NCBI GenBank assembly: GCA_030704615.1 | Contig: CM060734.1 | Location: 45,508,001 to 45,572,000 of the forward strand | Source: Takakia lepidozioides | Taxonomy: Eukaryota; Plantae; Bryophyta | DNA length: 64,000 nucleotides | Reading direction: 5' to 3' | In this document: positions 50,067-63,519 of the stretch, piece after piece | Layout of the letters: each line of letters starts with the position of its first letter | How positions within the stretch are numbered: the stretch's first letter is position 1 | Notes under the pieces: model-generated | What the model was told of the DNA's origin: nothing | Seen by the model: only the letters and a program-made list of their open reading frames with translations | Databases searched by the model: none | Made by a program: the position numbers and the translations under genes

Positions 50067-53000
50067 ATGGAGCTCCAGATTGTGCAAACGCCTTGTCAAG
50101 TGACTTTAAGGTCTCCATCTCTAATACTTGTGGTAAGATTTTTTCGTGTTCGTGTTTCCCACTTGCACTTGTATCTGCCCTTCAACCCTTCTTTCTCATG
50201 GGGACTGGGCGGAGGCGTACATATCTTGGACAAGGATATATGTGGGCATTCGCCAGTCCTGCGTTCTGGTAGTTTTGGAAGCTGGGATTTTCAAGTTTGA
50301 CGTTTGAGAGCTATAAGTGCCAAGTGTGTGTGTTAAACATGGGCTACCCCGTTTTGCTGGACACTGATCCAGTGCTTCACATAGCGGCTTGCATTAGCTC
50401 ATCTGGACAAAGAAAGGATCTGAAAGCGGATTTTTCACTGAGAACTCTGATTATCTGGCTGCATTGGTTACTGTACTAGTTTGAGGGTTCGGGGTTATTC
50501 TTTGTAAACCTTCTCCCTGAAGCAAGTGGCAGAATGGCAGGTGGGCTTCATGCCAATCAACAACAGCCAGGACATGTGTATGGAAACCAAAACATACTCA
50601 GTGGAGACCTGTGTCTGCCGGTCGGAGAGTTCCAATCTCGTCAGAGGAAGATTCAGGCAAATTTCAGAATGGGTAATTGCAGTAATCCAGTCACTCGGAG
50701 GAAGCCACCCTCTTGGACGCAAGTGTAATGGCTAGGCAGTCATGTGCTTACAGGAAAAATCTAGAGGGTTGAAATTTCATTGAGTATATGTGCACATCCA
50801 CTGGTCATTTCCCATCACCATCGATTGACTCCAGGCTTCCGTTTTTCATCAAGTAGCCTAGCGAAGTAGATGCTTCTAAGTCGGGTGAATGATATACTTC
50901 CCACAAACCGCTGGTGTTTGAGAGGTCAGTGTCATTAGCTTCTAAAGTGAATGCCAACAAATCCCTTCCTTTCATCATGTGGCAAGTTGGAGATGTCCAA
51001 CTTCTAATCTGACTGAGGTAGATGGATGGTGACCATCAGACTGCCAGGTTTTGAAGGAGACCAGGCTGGATTTCTAGACAGCTTCCCTAGTGAAGAGGGG
51101 ATATTTGAGGAAACTTTCCCTTCCATGCGAAAGGTGAACACAAAAGTGGGAGGAAGTTCTAGTTTGATTCCCGATGAATGGAAGCCCTTGCAGAAGGAGC
51201 TCTCGAAGACCAAAAAAGAGAAAAAGAGGGAAATCATAGGCATGCTTGTAGAGAGGGCGAAGAAAATTCAGGTGCAGAAAAGGCTCAGTATTGATGCTGG
51301 AGATGAAGAAGACCGCCATCAGTTTTTTCCAGGGGTACCTTCAAGTGCTGTGGAAGAGAGCACAGCTGGTAGTAGTATCAGAACACGTTTGCAAGATAAG
51401 ACCAAGGAAAGTGTTGATGAAGAAGAGGACGAGATGTGGGAGGAGATAACCTCTGATTCAGAGATGGATGAAACTGGTGAGCCCTCATTTTTAGATACTT
51501 TCAAAACTTCACTAACAAAGCCTCGCCAGTCTTCCAAATTCTGTGAAGCTTTTGTAAGTTTGTTGCATGGCCCGCCTTTCAGGGCCTAGTCCGCCAATTA
51601 TTCATGTAAGCTGCGGACTCCATTATCTGATCATTACATGGTCATGTCATTTCTAGTGTGTATACAGATTGTCAAACAGTGTACAGTTTTCTTTGATAGA
51701 TTTCTTAAAGATGGATGAGAAGGCACATGCACCGACATTTGACGCAGTCCCCTTCAACCTGCAACGGGCTACACCGAGGAATCCACGGCTGTCACTGTCC
51801 AATACTCCCTTTGAGGATGTGGCAACTGTTTCACAGGATGCTGAAGAACTTGGAAGAGAGGAATCAGAGTGTAGACCAGGAGACAATGATGATGAAACCA
51901 AAGTAAGCCCTCAATACTGTTTGGTGAGATTTCTGCTTTACTTGGATTTGATGGAATAGTATCATGTCTTAATGTGTTGAATCTGAGGAAGAATTTGGAG
52001 CTACAGCTTTCCTGTCCTGTATCAATAATGGATATCTTTTTGGCTGATACTTGTCATCTCAATCTTAGATTTCGATGTCAAACTAGTTGACACTAGATAT
52101 CAGCGATCATGGCAAGTATGGCTTACAATCTTGGTAGAATTGATTGCTGGAACCCTCTTCAAGGAAGGTCAGGTTCTGTTTAATTGAATACTAGTGAATG
52201 AGATACAATCTGGGTCTTCTTGCAGTTCTTGTCTTAGTTTTGTATGGAATGAGTAAGAGCTCAATGGTAAAGTACATCTTGCATGTCAGTTGGGAACTTA
52301 GGCAGATATCATCCTCCTAATGCCTTGGGGGAGCTATAAATAATGAGAGTCAAGTGGTCATGTAGCTCTGCAACAAACAAGGAAAATATATGGCTATGGG
52401 GCATCTTAAGATCATATGGTTAGGCATGGGAAGGATGATAACGTCATCTTTTTGGCGAACTCTTGACGTCCCTAGATCTCCCAAGTAGTCGTAACTAGAG
52501 CTTCCTTGCAGTGCCATTGGTCCTTTGATTAAAGTTTCGCAGAGCTTTCCCTCATGTTTAATAGTCTAGTGTTATTTGGTTGGATGCAAAGGTCTATTGT
52601 GTGTTTTGCTGTACATAAAGAGCAAATAGGAGATTGTTTGGACTAGTTGCATCCTGACAGTGAATTGCTGTTTGGATTGTAGGAGTTGTCAGGTTCAAAG
52701 CTTTTGTCAGCAGAGGAAAAGGCGATGCTGAGGAGCCCTGAACTTCACCTTGCCAGAATCTCTTCTGTAAGTGCAGCCCCAACTAGTGAGTGTTGAAATA
52801 TCCTGTTAGAATCACCACTCAAGCACTCTCTCTTGCTTGTGGTCTATGGCTTTCCTCTTTGTCCTTTCCCCTACTTGTGCTTTGATATGATCTCATTAGC
52901 TACATTATGCTGAACTTATGTCTAGACAGTACAACCACAGCCCCAGGTGTCACAGCCAAGATCTAAAGGAGCAGTGCTGCAATCAATCTCAGGCATTATA

Positions 53001-54999
53001 ATGTAATGTCATGCTAGGCTTTAAGTCAGGCTAATCCCCTGTAGCCAGCTCCTCGTTGTTGTGTGCTAACCCCATGGCAATTTCATCATGTAGGCCAGTG
53101 AGCTGAAACTGTATAGGTCACTAACCTGCGAGGACTGTGTAAGGATAAGTCAGAGCCATAGGTCGTTCGAATGCTTAACTTTGAAAATGGGCTGATGTTA
53201 TGTGTTGTCTGTTAGAGATCATATCAAGGTTGCCATTCAATTTGGAAGGTTTATATCACTCAATAGGCCACAAGCTTTGTGGCCATACATCAGCACTTTG
53301 TGTCTCCCTCTCTAGAAGACACATATACCCAGACACACGGCGAGCACAGAGAAGACCTCTCTAGGCCTCTCGAGTCACCGCTAACGCGAAGTCTTCTCTG
53401 CCTGGTTGATGATGCTTTAACTGTATGTGAAATGCAGGGGAAGTGGAGTCCACTACACACGCTAGCAGCATCAGGTCAAATCAATCTTATGACCCAGCTC
53501 TTAAGGCACCAAGTGGATCTGAACGCTGTTGATATGGTGGGTATATTAAATCAATGCAACAAGTGCAACTTTTGCACCATTCAGATCTTCCAGAATAGAC
53601 CATGGTCATTGGCACTATCATTGATAATCAAGACTGGATTCTTCAGGTTTTTGGCTGGCAGTCTGTTCAGTAAGTAATGTTGGCAAAAACTGTTGTGTGC
53701 ATCACGACAGCTTGATCACATCCTCCCAGATTATGTCTGAAAAAGTAGTCCACCGAATTGTCTATGTACTCATGATGGGACTGATGGATGTTGCCAGGAT
53801 GGAATGACAGCATTGCATCGTGCTGTGCTCAATGGGCGAGAATCCATGGTTAAGCACCTACTTAAAATTGGGGCAGATGCTCTGGCCAGAGACAAAGTAA
53901 GTGCTCCTCTTGGTCGAATATTTCTTATCATTCAGTGTTATGGGTGCACTTAGCATCCCCCTTGATTCCTTCCTTTTTTACCCCAAGCCTCTCTAATGCT
54001 TTCCTCCTTTCCCTTCTCGTTTCATTTCATTTCTGTTATGCTCTTTCCCCTTTTCTTTGTTCTGTCTCCCTCCCCACATGAATTTCTGATTTTTTGGTTC
54101 AATTCATGTCGCAGACATCCAGAGCTCTCTCTCTACACCTTACTGCTTTGTTCTGTCCACATTTAATTTTTAGCTTCGTTTCACTGCAGGCTGGTGCCAC
54201 GGTATTGCACTATGCTGTTCAGGCGGCTAACAGCAACTTGATCAAGCTCTTGATCCGGCACCATATCCCTGTGGACGCATCTGATGATGTGCAACCCTTC
54301 ACCTTCTGCAGCTTGCTACTTGCACAGATAGAACTACCTTATAGTTAAAATCAAACACAATGGTTTTATAGAGAGTTCACTGTGACTCCATAGTGATATG
54401 CTCTGCATATTTATGTCATGTGGCTAGTAACTTGAATCAGTTCTTAGTATTCGTGGGTGGACAGGAAGGGTGGACTCCACTCCATGTAGCTGTGCAAAGT
54501 GGGAGAACGGATATTGTGAAGCTCCTACTCAGTCGCGGTGCTGACATCACTATTCCAAACAAGGTATTTTTTCCCTGAATATGACCATAATACATACTGT
54601 GGTGTCAACACGAGAAGAAAACTTGAAGTGGACAGGAGGCAATGGCAGGAAGAGATCTCATCTGAAAGAGACTGGAAGGGAGAGCAAAGTACCTATCAGA
54701 TGGGCCTTCATGTTGTCTTGCCGTTGTGAAGGCCCTGTGTCAAATTTAGAAGGAGCAGATTCATGAGGTGAACGAGGGGGAGTAGCTATAAACAGACTTT
54801 GATGGGCTCTAGGCATGTTTGTGCTGGAAAGCAGGATGGGAATACACCGTTGGATGTGGCGTTGTCATATGGCAAGGGTTTCGGATTCTACCATGTTGTG
54901 AAATTGCTAAAGAAAGCACCTCAGGTAACAAGTCGGCACAAACAGACTCTTGGGTGTATACAAAGAGGGAATTCTTGGGAAGGGAGAGGCATTGAGTGA
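50067..54999 (+). CDS. Plastid ankyrin-repeat protein of the AKRP/EMB506 family, multi-exon
   Basis: Exons encode [75 protein letters not shown] and [26 protein letters not shown]. The 5' exons are uncertain. Confidence 0.85.
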
Positions 55000-55167
55000 T
55001 GAAATCAAAGTAGAGGATTGCCAAAGTTCTATGCTAGTTTGGGTGTGAAAAGGAATTGGAGCTTTTAATCCTGAAAGTTTTGACATCCTCTCCGATCCTT
55101 GTTGCAGGGCTTGCTGCAATTTGCGTTGCTAGGGGAGAAATAGTCACATCATTGGTGTGCCCAGTCC

Positions 55168-55520
55168 ATCTCCATGGCTCTTCCTATCAGCCATCATTGG
55201 AAGTGTCATTGCTGATACTGGCCTGAGATGTGACATCTAAGAGCTAGGGATGAAACCAATCAGCATATGAAAAGGTTTGCATTTTCTCTGTCTGGTGTAC
55301 GTAAGGATGACAGTCTGAGCCCACGCACCTTCAACTCTACCGTATCTGTCTCCATGCCTCTCTTATTACCAGCCATCATTGGAAGCTTCCATGCAAGTGG
55401 CCTGACAAGGGTGACATCTAAAGCTAGTGACGAAGAACCTACTTCCAAACAGTACATGAAGAGGTTTGCATTTTAATTCTTGTGATATATGGGAGGATAT
55501 GACAGTCTGAGCCAGCGCAT
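55168..55520. repeat. Diverged tandem duplication, period ~182 bp
   Basis: CAGCCATCATTGGAAG, GTGACATCTAA, AGGTTTGCATTTT and TGACAGTCTGAGCC each occur twice. Confidence 0.75.
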
Positions 55521-56419
55521 TTTGCACACTGAATGGATTGAAGTGTCAACATTTTACAGAGTATCCAACTTAAATGTTCACAAAGTGGATCTTGTCTGAC
55601 TCTTCCCTGTTTGACAGACGAGAAGCCCAAGGTCCGCACACATGTTTCAAATAGGACATGCATGTTGTCCACTTTTTCTTATATGGCCTGTCCACAGAAG
55701 TGGAATTTTGTTTCAAGGTCAAATGATAGCACAAGTATACTGCACTGCACCAGTCAAGCCTCCATCAGCAAAGACTGCCTGTAACTGCAACGTAAAGGAA
55801 GCATGGTTCGGCATAATCCTCCTAAAGAAGGTGACATTGTGAGGTTGCCCTTCCTTGATCTCTCTATCCGTCCAGATTGTTGAGGGCCGCAGCCTGTTAC
55901 ACGACAGCACACCGATGTCTGTTGCTGATTCCTATATTGCCATGCCCTCCATGCTTTGAAAACGGAAGAAGATCTATGAAATTGTACGAGTGTATAATCG
56001 TCTCCGAGTCCCGTTTTTCTGTTGCATCTAACAGTCGTACTGTTTGTAGCTGCTCACTGCAACCAGCTTCCAATCTTGCGGCTCAATGTTTCAATGGAGA
56101 AGCCAACACCTCACGACTGACTACTCGAGGATCATGTGGCCGAAAAGTTAGTAGGGTTTATATCGTGAAGTGATGGACTCTCCATGTAGGGAGCACAAAT
56201 ATCAAGTGAACTCGTGGCCATACAATAGCCATCCACAAGTAGAGAAGGATCAGTGCAGGGTTTCCCATCAGGAGTACTTGGAGCTAGGAGGAAGATGGGG
56301 TATGGCAGAGAAGGTTTGGGAACGGGTGCAACATGCAGGTGTGATTTGTAGAGAGACAGAAGAGTGATATACACTGTCGTTTCAATCCAGCTCCATGCCG
56401 CAATCGGTCATGCAAGTCT

Positions 56420-58813
56420 GTGCACGGGGTCTCAGACAGACCTGTGACCATGATGAACTGCACGATGCTGCTCCCCTCAGAACAGTCGATTCGGAAGACG
56501 CTGTGCTCAAGCCAATCCCTTCCACCCAAGGAGGTGGAATTTCAAGTCGGGAATCAGACCCAGTTGGATCAGAGTTGGGGAAAGGGAGTTAGCGGTGGCA
56601 CGCCTACCATCAATACTGCCACTGCGTCTTATGGAGGGCGAAGACAAAGAGGAGAGGTGGAGGGATGCATCGAGATGGCTTGTGAAACTAGTGAGGACGT
56701 GAGCACGTTGTGGAAGGAGGGACGATTGAAGGAGGCAGTGCATCTTTTGGATCTTATGGTGCAACGAGGGGTTGCTGCATATGCCGACACATGTGCGTGT
56801 CTCTTGCAGGAGTGCGCGAAAACGAAAGCCCTTGCAGTTGGGAAGGGTGTCCATGCTCACATTATCAAAAGTGGATTGCAGCCAGACATTTTTCTCGGAA
56901 ACACCCTTGTGAGCATGTATTGCAAGTGTGGGAGTATTGTGGATGCGCGGCAAGTGTTTGACAAAATGTTCAAACGGAATGTAATCTCATGGACTGCTAT
57001 GATTGCAGGATTAGCTCAGCACGGGCATGGTGACGAGGCTTTCGAACTCTTTCGGCTAATGCAAAGTGAGGGTATCAGAGCAGACAAGGTTACGTTTATT
57101 AGCATCCTCCACGCATGTGACAACCCGGCAGCTCTGGAACAGGGCAAGCAGCTCCATGCGAGCATCAGCAAAGCTGGATTCGAGCCGGATGTCCGAGTGG
57201 GCACTGCCCTTATCAGCATGTATTGCAAGTGCGGGAGTGTAATGGATGCGCGAGCAGTGTTTGACAAAATGACTAAGCGAGATGTGGTATCATGGACAGC
57301 AATGATCGCAGGATCTGCTCAGCATGGTCATGGTGATGAGGCTTTTGAACTCTTTGGGCAAATGCAGCGACAAGGCATCAAGCCAAATAAGGTCACTTTC
57401 GTTAGCATCCTCAGCGCATGTGCCAGCCCAGAAGCTCTGAAACAGGGTAGGCGGCTCCATGCGGGCATCATCCAAGGTGGATTCGAGTCGGATGTCCGAG
57501 TGGGGAGTGCACTTATCAGCATGTACTGCAAGTGTGGGAGTTTGGCGGATGCGCGTAGGGTTTTTCTCAAAATGCCTGAACGGAATGTGGTCTCTTGGAC
57601 TGCAATGATCGCAGGATCTGCTCAGGATGGTCGCTGTGAGGCGGCTTTTGAACTCTTTCGCCAAATGCTTCAAGAAGGTGTGAAACCAAACGAAGTCACT
57701 TTCATTAGCATTCTCAATGCATGCGCGAGTCTAGCTACCCTGGAAGAGGGCAAGTGGGTCCATAGCCAGGTCATAAAACATGGATGGGAGGCCGATGTCT
57801 GGGTGGGGACTGCCCTTGTTGACATGTATGCCAAGTGCGGGAGTCTGGGGGATGCAAGGCAAGTTTTTGATAGAATTCTGGAACGAAATGTGGTTTCTTG
57901 GACTGCAATGATCACTGGATATGCCCAGAATGGGCATGGCATGGAGGCCCTTAGACTCTTTGAGCAGATGCAACGAGAAGGGCTCCAGCCAGACAGCATC
58001 ACATTTATTGGCGTTCTCACTGCATGTAGCCATGTGGGTCTAGTGGAGGAGGGGCATCATCACTTCCATTCTATGACTCAAAATCATGGCATCTCACCAA
58101 CAGGAAAGCACTATGCCTGCATGGTTGACCTTCTTGGCCGAGCTGGCTGCTTGGATAAGGCAGAGGCCTTTATCAACACAATGCCATTTGAGCCAGATGC
58201 TTTGGTGTGGGGGGCCTTGCTTGGTGCCTGCAGAATCCATGGCAGTGTGGAGCTAGCAGAACGTGCGGCAGAATTTGTATTCAAATTGGACCCACAGGAC
58301 GCCGCAGCGTACGTGCTGCTTTCGAACATCTATGCTGCAGCTGGCAGGTGGGAGGACGAAGCTAAGGTGAGAAAAATGATGGATAGCAGAAGTGTGATAA
58401 AGGAGCCAGGGTGCAGTTGGATTGAGGTCAAGAACAAAGTTCACAGATTTGGTGTAGACGATAGATCACACCCCCAAATAGAGGAGATCTATGCCGAATT
58501 GGACAGATTGACCGTGCTAATGAAGGAAGTTGGGTATGTGCCAGACACACGGTTTGTCTTACAGGACATGAATAAGCAGACTAAGGAACTGGCTCTCTGC
58601 CACCACAGTGAAAAGCTAGCCATTGCTTTCGGCCTCATCAGCAGCCCCCCCGGGACACATATCCGGGTGATCAAGAATATCAGAGTATGTGGTGATTGCC
58701 ATACTGCCACCAAGTTCATCTCAAAGATTGTTGGGCGAGATATTGTCGCAAGGGATGCAAAAAGCTTTCATCACTTCAAAAATGGGGTGTGCTCTTGCGG
58801 GGATTACTGGTGA
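56420..58813 (+). CDS. PLS-class PPR protein with E1-E2-DYW (PG-type) deaminase domain
   Basis: Intronless 797-aa ORF (true start probably ATG 56450 or later) with repeated PLS triplets, KEPGCSWIEV PG box, HSEKLA...CGDCH and CSCGDYW. Confidence 0.97.
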   Translation: MHGVSDRPVTMMNCTMLLPSEQSIRKTLCSSQSLPPKEVEFQVGNQTQLDQSWGKGVSGGTPTINTATASYGGRRQRGEVEGCIEMACETSEDVSTLWKEGRLKEAVHLLDLMVQRGVAAYADTCACLLQECAKTKALAVGKGVHAHIIKSGLQPDIFLGNTLVSMYCKCGSIVDARQVFDKMFKRNVISWTAMIAGLAQHGHGDEAFELFRLMQSEGIRADKVTFISILHACDNPAALEQGKQLHASISKAGFEPDVRVGTALISMYCKCGSVMDARAVFDKMTKRDVVSWTAMIAGSAQHGHGDEAFELFGQMQRQGIKPNKVTFVSILSACASPEALKQGRRLHAGIIQGGFESDVRVGSALISMYCKCGSLADARRVFLKMPERNVVSWTAMIAGSAQDGRCEAAFELFRQMLQEGVKPNEVTFISILNACASLATLEEGKWVHSQVIKHGWEADVWVGTALVDMYAKCGSLGDARQVFDRILERNVVSWTAMITGYAQNGHGMEALRLFEQMQREGLQPDSITFIGVLTACSHVGLVEEGHHHFHSMTQNHGISPTGKHYACMVDLLGRAGCLDKAEAFINTMPFEPDALVWGALLGACRIHGSVELAERAAEFVFKLDPQDAAAYVLLSNIYAAAGRWEDEAKVRKMMDSRSVIKEPGCSWIEVKNKVHRFGVDDRSHPQIEEIYAELDRLTVLMKEVGYVPDTRFVLQDMNKQTKELALCHHSEKLAIAFGLISSPPGTHIRVIKNIRVCGDCHTATKFISKIVGRDIVARDAKSFHHFKNGVCSCGDYW

Positions 58814-61800
58814 TGATAAGCAGAAAGCATATTTTTTCCAATCTATTGGGGTCTCCAGTCGATTTGTCAATCTGTTGATTCTCACTCCTGGGTCCATCAA
58901 TCTCGATTTCTAATGGATGATCCCATCTCCCCCTCTTTTCCTCATTTGATGCAGGGATGCAACCGGCATCTTGTGCCAATCATATCTGAGCCAGCGAGCA
59001 TCGCTCCAGATGAGGAGAATGGGAGTAGAATAAGTTCACCACATGTACAAAATATTTGCAAAACAAGGCTCATGCAAGCTTTGAGCTCAAGCCACAAAAC
59101 AATTTGAGAGGTGAAGCTTCAGGAACAAGACAGCCTTCTGTCCAGATACAATTCATAGGTGTTATTTTTCATATTTTTATTCAAAAGTTTAATGCACAAA
59201 AGGGAAGAAAATCTCATTAAATTTTCTGTAATACACTTAAAGAAATATACTTCCCATCTCCCATTGGGTGCCATTTCTTTCTTTCAATCCTTGGTGAAGG
59301 CGAATCTGAAGTGCAATGGTATGGAATCGATCGAAGGTGCCCAGGCTGGATGAAGATGGCTTTGAGAGGCCTCGGTTTGAGGTACCCATGATTTTGTAAA
59401 GGGGAAGGTCTCCGTGGAGGAAAAAATACTTCCATAGAGGAGTTTCGAGGCTCAAGCTACCTTGGAACAAGAGTTCATTGTTTGTTGGGCTTCTAGTTGC
59501 CAAGACTTGCAATGTAAGCAACTACTCTTGTGAGTTGTATGAGGAGACGGCCCTTACGTAAAGGGAGTCCAGAACAAGGTTGGATAGCACAACGACATAT
59601 TCTTAATATTCTCAAAAGATTCTTGTAATATTCTTGAGCCAAACGAAATCACGAAAATCAGGAAACTACTTTTACGTACTATTTGAAAAACATTTTAAGA
59701 GTTCTTGCTCAAGCCGCAATAATTGACACCTGCATGGTAATATACACCCACAAACAAGACTTAAAGATCAGCACGTAAACAATGACATTTGTAGAAATAT
59801 AACATGCGGACTGCTCCAAAAGAAATGCGAGGATTAAATCCACCTTCACAACTACATAGTGGGGATTCGCCAACAAAACCCCAACTCCACTGTCTAATGA
59901 AAACCACCCTAGGTGATATACACAGGTGAAGATTCATAATATTATATGTGAAATACAAGTATCCTCTTGATTCAGCTCCTTTGATAGGTATCGCGACAGA
60001 TTGTGCAAGACCAATGCTATTTTTGCTTGCGAATTGACCTTTATTGTTGAAGCCGTTTTCGTGCTCACGCATTTTCTTCTCATCTATGCTTTAAAGAGAT
60101 TGGGTTTCTCGAAGCAAAATCGTCCCCTTTGAGGTTTATGGCCTTCGCCGCAGCTGTCGCTATAATTTTTGGGGTTTGTGTTATGCTACTCAAGGTTTCG
60201 CCCTGAGAAACTCTGGTTGAGCTACAATTTCTATATAATGTAATTGACTATCCTACTTTTTCTTTCGTCATGCCCGGCATAGATATGTAATAGGTCAATA
60301 GGATTTTTTATCCATGGTATTTGATAGCTTAGTATTATAGTTTATTTTTTTTATTTTTTTTATTATTTGAATATTGGGGATGAAATGAAACCCGACTATT
60401 TTATTAAGTGGGGAAAAAATAAACACCCATTTGGGCCATAAGGCATGCACACTTGCAGTGAGGGAGAGCTTTAACGAAGAGAGAACCATCCATCCGGATG
60501 AGAAGAGCAGTGCTACTATCTGCAGACTTGTAGCTGTGTACACTAGGGTTTTCAAACTTCTAATGGAAATAATACTTATGCTCCGAAAAAGAGAAAAGCC
60601 TACAACGTTTCATTCATCTCAATTGCATACTGTTATTTTGTGATACTGTACATACCTATTCTCCATCTTCTCCATATACTAACTTTATCAATCTAGTTAC
60701 TTGAAGGAATTTTCCGTATACTATTGTGATGCATGATCAGCCTAATTACACACATCACGTCCGTCACATCAGGTCGTATCAGAATATTTGACGCTCACGT
60801 GATCTATGTCCGGTGTGTTTTTCCATAGTAAATAAATATATATATATGAGGGGTTAAAAAAACGCCATATCACATTGATCCAACAATTAATTATTTAAAA
60901 AAACTATATTTGTCATATATTGAGAGTTATATCTAATTAAAAGTCTTAAAAAAATAGCTGTGACTGCCAATATTGAAAGTCGCACATAAGTTTTTACAAA
61001 AAATATGTGTAACCAATAAGATTCAGCAGTTTTTTATTTAATCCCTAAACAACGAAGCGACCCCAATTGGATCGCTTCAGTCGGGCGGTCCACCTCCCTT
61101 GGATGTGAGTGGATGGAGGTGGGTCCCAAAGATAAAGTGAGGGGGTTAAGGAGAAATTTTAAGCACCCTGAAATATTAAAAGCTCTACTCCCTAGAAATT
61201 TTCAAAGCGTAAATGCAGAGTTGACTTGCCTACGTGGCATGCCAAATGAGGAATCTTGAAAAGAACATGTACTATGGCTGAGATTTTATCAAAATGCCAA
61301 ATTTTTTGACAAGGCACTATGTAATGTTAGTGTGCACTTACTTACCAGAGGAATTAGAAAACAAAAATCATGTCATGGCTCTACTTGGGTAAGAAGCCAA
61401 ACCATGATAATTTCCCCCCTAGATTTCACATACAAAGCAGGTCTAAGCTGCCATTGAACTAGGAGCTCACGAGGTGCGATCTCCCAAATCAGGGAACGAA
61501 TCTGACGATGCAGAGTTCCAAACTATAACAGATAGGATCTAAAAGCTGCGAAAAAACAGAATCTGCCATTTAGAGGATATCGATGAAGAGTGAAGCCTAG
61601 ACCGGCTGAATATGCGAGATAGAAGCATTACTTGAAGTGTGGATTGCTTAATAGAAGAGTAAGAGAGAGAGGGAAGTGAGACCATTGAAGAGAGTCCTAC
61701 TAGCTTGGAGCCAAACATTGGAGGACGAAAGACGAAGCAGGCCGAGGAGCGATTTCACTGGTCGAAGCTGAGCCGAGTCGCTTTTTTACTGTTGACATGC

Positions 61801-62856
61801 TTCTGGACAGTTAATTTCTCTCTCAAACTCAGGTGAGTTAAGGTAGCACGGCGATTACTCTTTGCCAGGAGATTGGTGGGGTTCTGGTCCACTGGCAGAG
61901 AATGCTGACGAAGAGCAGCTGCATATGATGTCATGAAGATTTGCTGAAGATCCCAAATTCGCCATCTGGATCCCTGCTGAATATATTTTTATTTACAAGG
62001 GAGTCTTTGTATATTGTACTTTCATCTTCATTCGAATGTGCAAAAGCCCAGACAGCAACCTCAACGTCTACTTTCAACCTTCTTCAATGTCACCCTGATC
62101 TCTTTAGACTGAGGTTGACTTGCACCTATATAGTACGAGTTGGAACTCTGGAACCGTGGGAAGAAGTCTAGCTCGAGAAGGCTTGAAACGTGCCACCGAG
62201 TGGTACTAGTCACCTAGTGCATAGAGCTCTCACACTCCATGTGATGGCATGGCGTCCATGATCACATCCGACTCTGATGAATCAGAGTCAGATATTAAAT
62301 CAAATGTTGAACAGTCTTGCTCAGCAGCATTGGAGTATGATCAGTGAGACCTTAAATTTCTTGACATCAATTAGTAACTAATTCGATGCCTCCTGAACAA
62401 ACAGCGTAGCCCAGGCAAAGTTGAAGATTATCAAGCAGCGAGCTGGGATGTGCCCACATGGAACTAGTTAGTCTAGTGAATGGGAATATGGTGGTGGTCC
62501 GAAGCAAACACGATAAAAGCGAGAAGAGGTCCAAGGCCGACAGCATTTCAACTCGGAAGATCTATCCTCAGATCAACTCCCTGGGTTTTGATTGATCAGT
62601 TACAGAATTGAAGAATCATCTTGCCTTAAATTGGATTATATCTAGATCGAGCCACGTACAGCCCTAGTGCTGTTTAAATTCAAGACGGTACTTAAAAAAT
62701 AAGGATTTGGGCCATTGATACCAGTCGGTCCATAATCCAACAGAATACCCTCTAAGTCATGCAGGAAAAACTCTACACAGTAGGCTTACATGCTGACTAG
62801 TTGATACATGTATCGTTCCACTTGTGAGTTCATATATAGAAATGCAGGTAACATGT

Positions 62857-63519
62857 CTAAAATTTGGATTTTATGTAGTCGATGGCCTTCTCATTCACCA
62901 TGAACGCTTTCTCCAGCACAGTGTCGCTGATACCGGAACCAAACAAAGCAGCGGGTATGGCTTGCACGCCTGGATTATGGCTGTTGAGTGCTGCGATAGC
63001 CAAAGCTGGCCCCTTACCCACATTCAGCTCAAAGTGCACAAGGCCTCTTGGGAACACAAACACATCACCCTTGTGCAGCGTAGTAGCAAAGAGCTTGGCA
63101 TTAGTGCTCACAAAACCCACGTAGAGAGAGCCTTCCACCACAAACAGAATCTCTGTGGCCCGCGGATGTGTGTGGGGTGTCACAAGGCCCCCATGTGCGA
63201 AGTCGAGGCGCGCCATGGCGATGCCCAGTGTGTTGAGGCCTGGAAAACCAGATGCGAATGCTGGCGTGACCGCACTCCCTGAGGAAACAGACGTGTTTCC
63301 GGATTTCGCTAAGCCGTGAAAGACGAAATCGTGTGAGGTGACTGTTGTTGGGTTTTTGCACACCAGACCGTTCACGGTGAGCGTGCTGGCCAGGTCTGCC
63401 ACACAAAAGTCTTGCAGAGGATCGGAGTCGGAGGCCATCACCATTACAGGTGCGAGCGTTATCTGCACCACAACTAGTAGCACCAAGGTGGCAGGTAAAA
63501 ACCTAAAGTTTCTTCCCAT
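62857..63519 (-). CDS. Germin-like protein (cupin), secreted
   Basis: Signal peptide, DPLQDFCVAD box A, PHTHPRATEI germin box, KGD motif, FPRGLVHFE. TATA-like element at ~63774-63780. Confidence 0.96.
   Translation of the reverse strand: MGRNFRFLPATLVLLVVVQITLAPVMVMASDSDPLQDFCVADLASTLTVNGLVCKNPTTVTSHDFVFHGLAKSGNTSVSSGSAVTPAFASGFPGLNTLGIAMARLDFAHGGLVTPHTHPRATEILFVVEGSLYVGFVSTNAKLFATTLHKGDVFVFPRGLVHFELNVGKGPALAIAALNSHNPGVQAIPAALFGSGISDTVLEKAFMVNEKAIDYIKSKF

Noticed and set aside
56420-58813. U-to-C (DYW:KP/GRP) editing factors
   Set aside because: Both DYW domains have canonical HSE catalytic motifs and end in DYW, consistent with C-to-U type.
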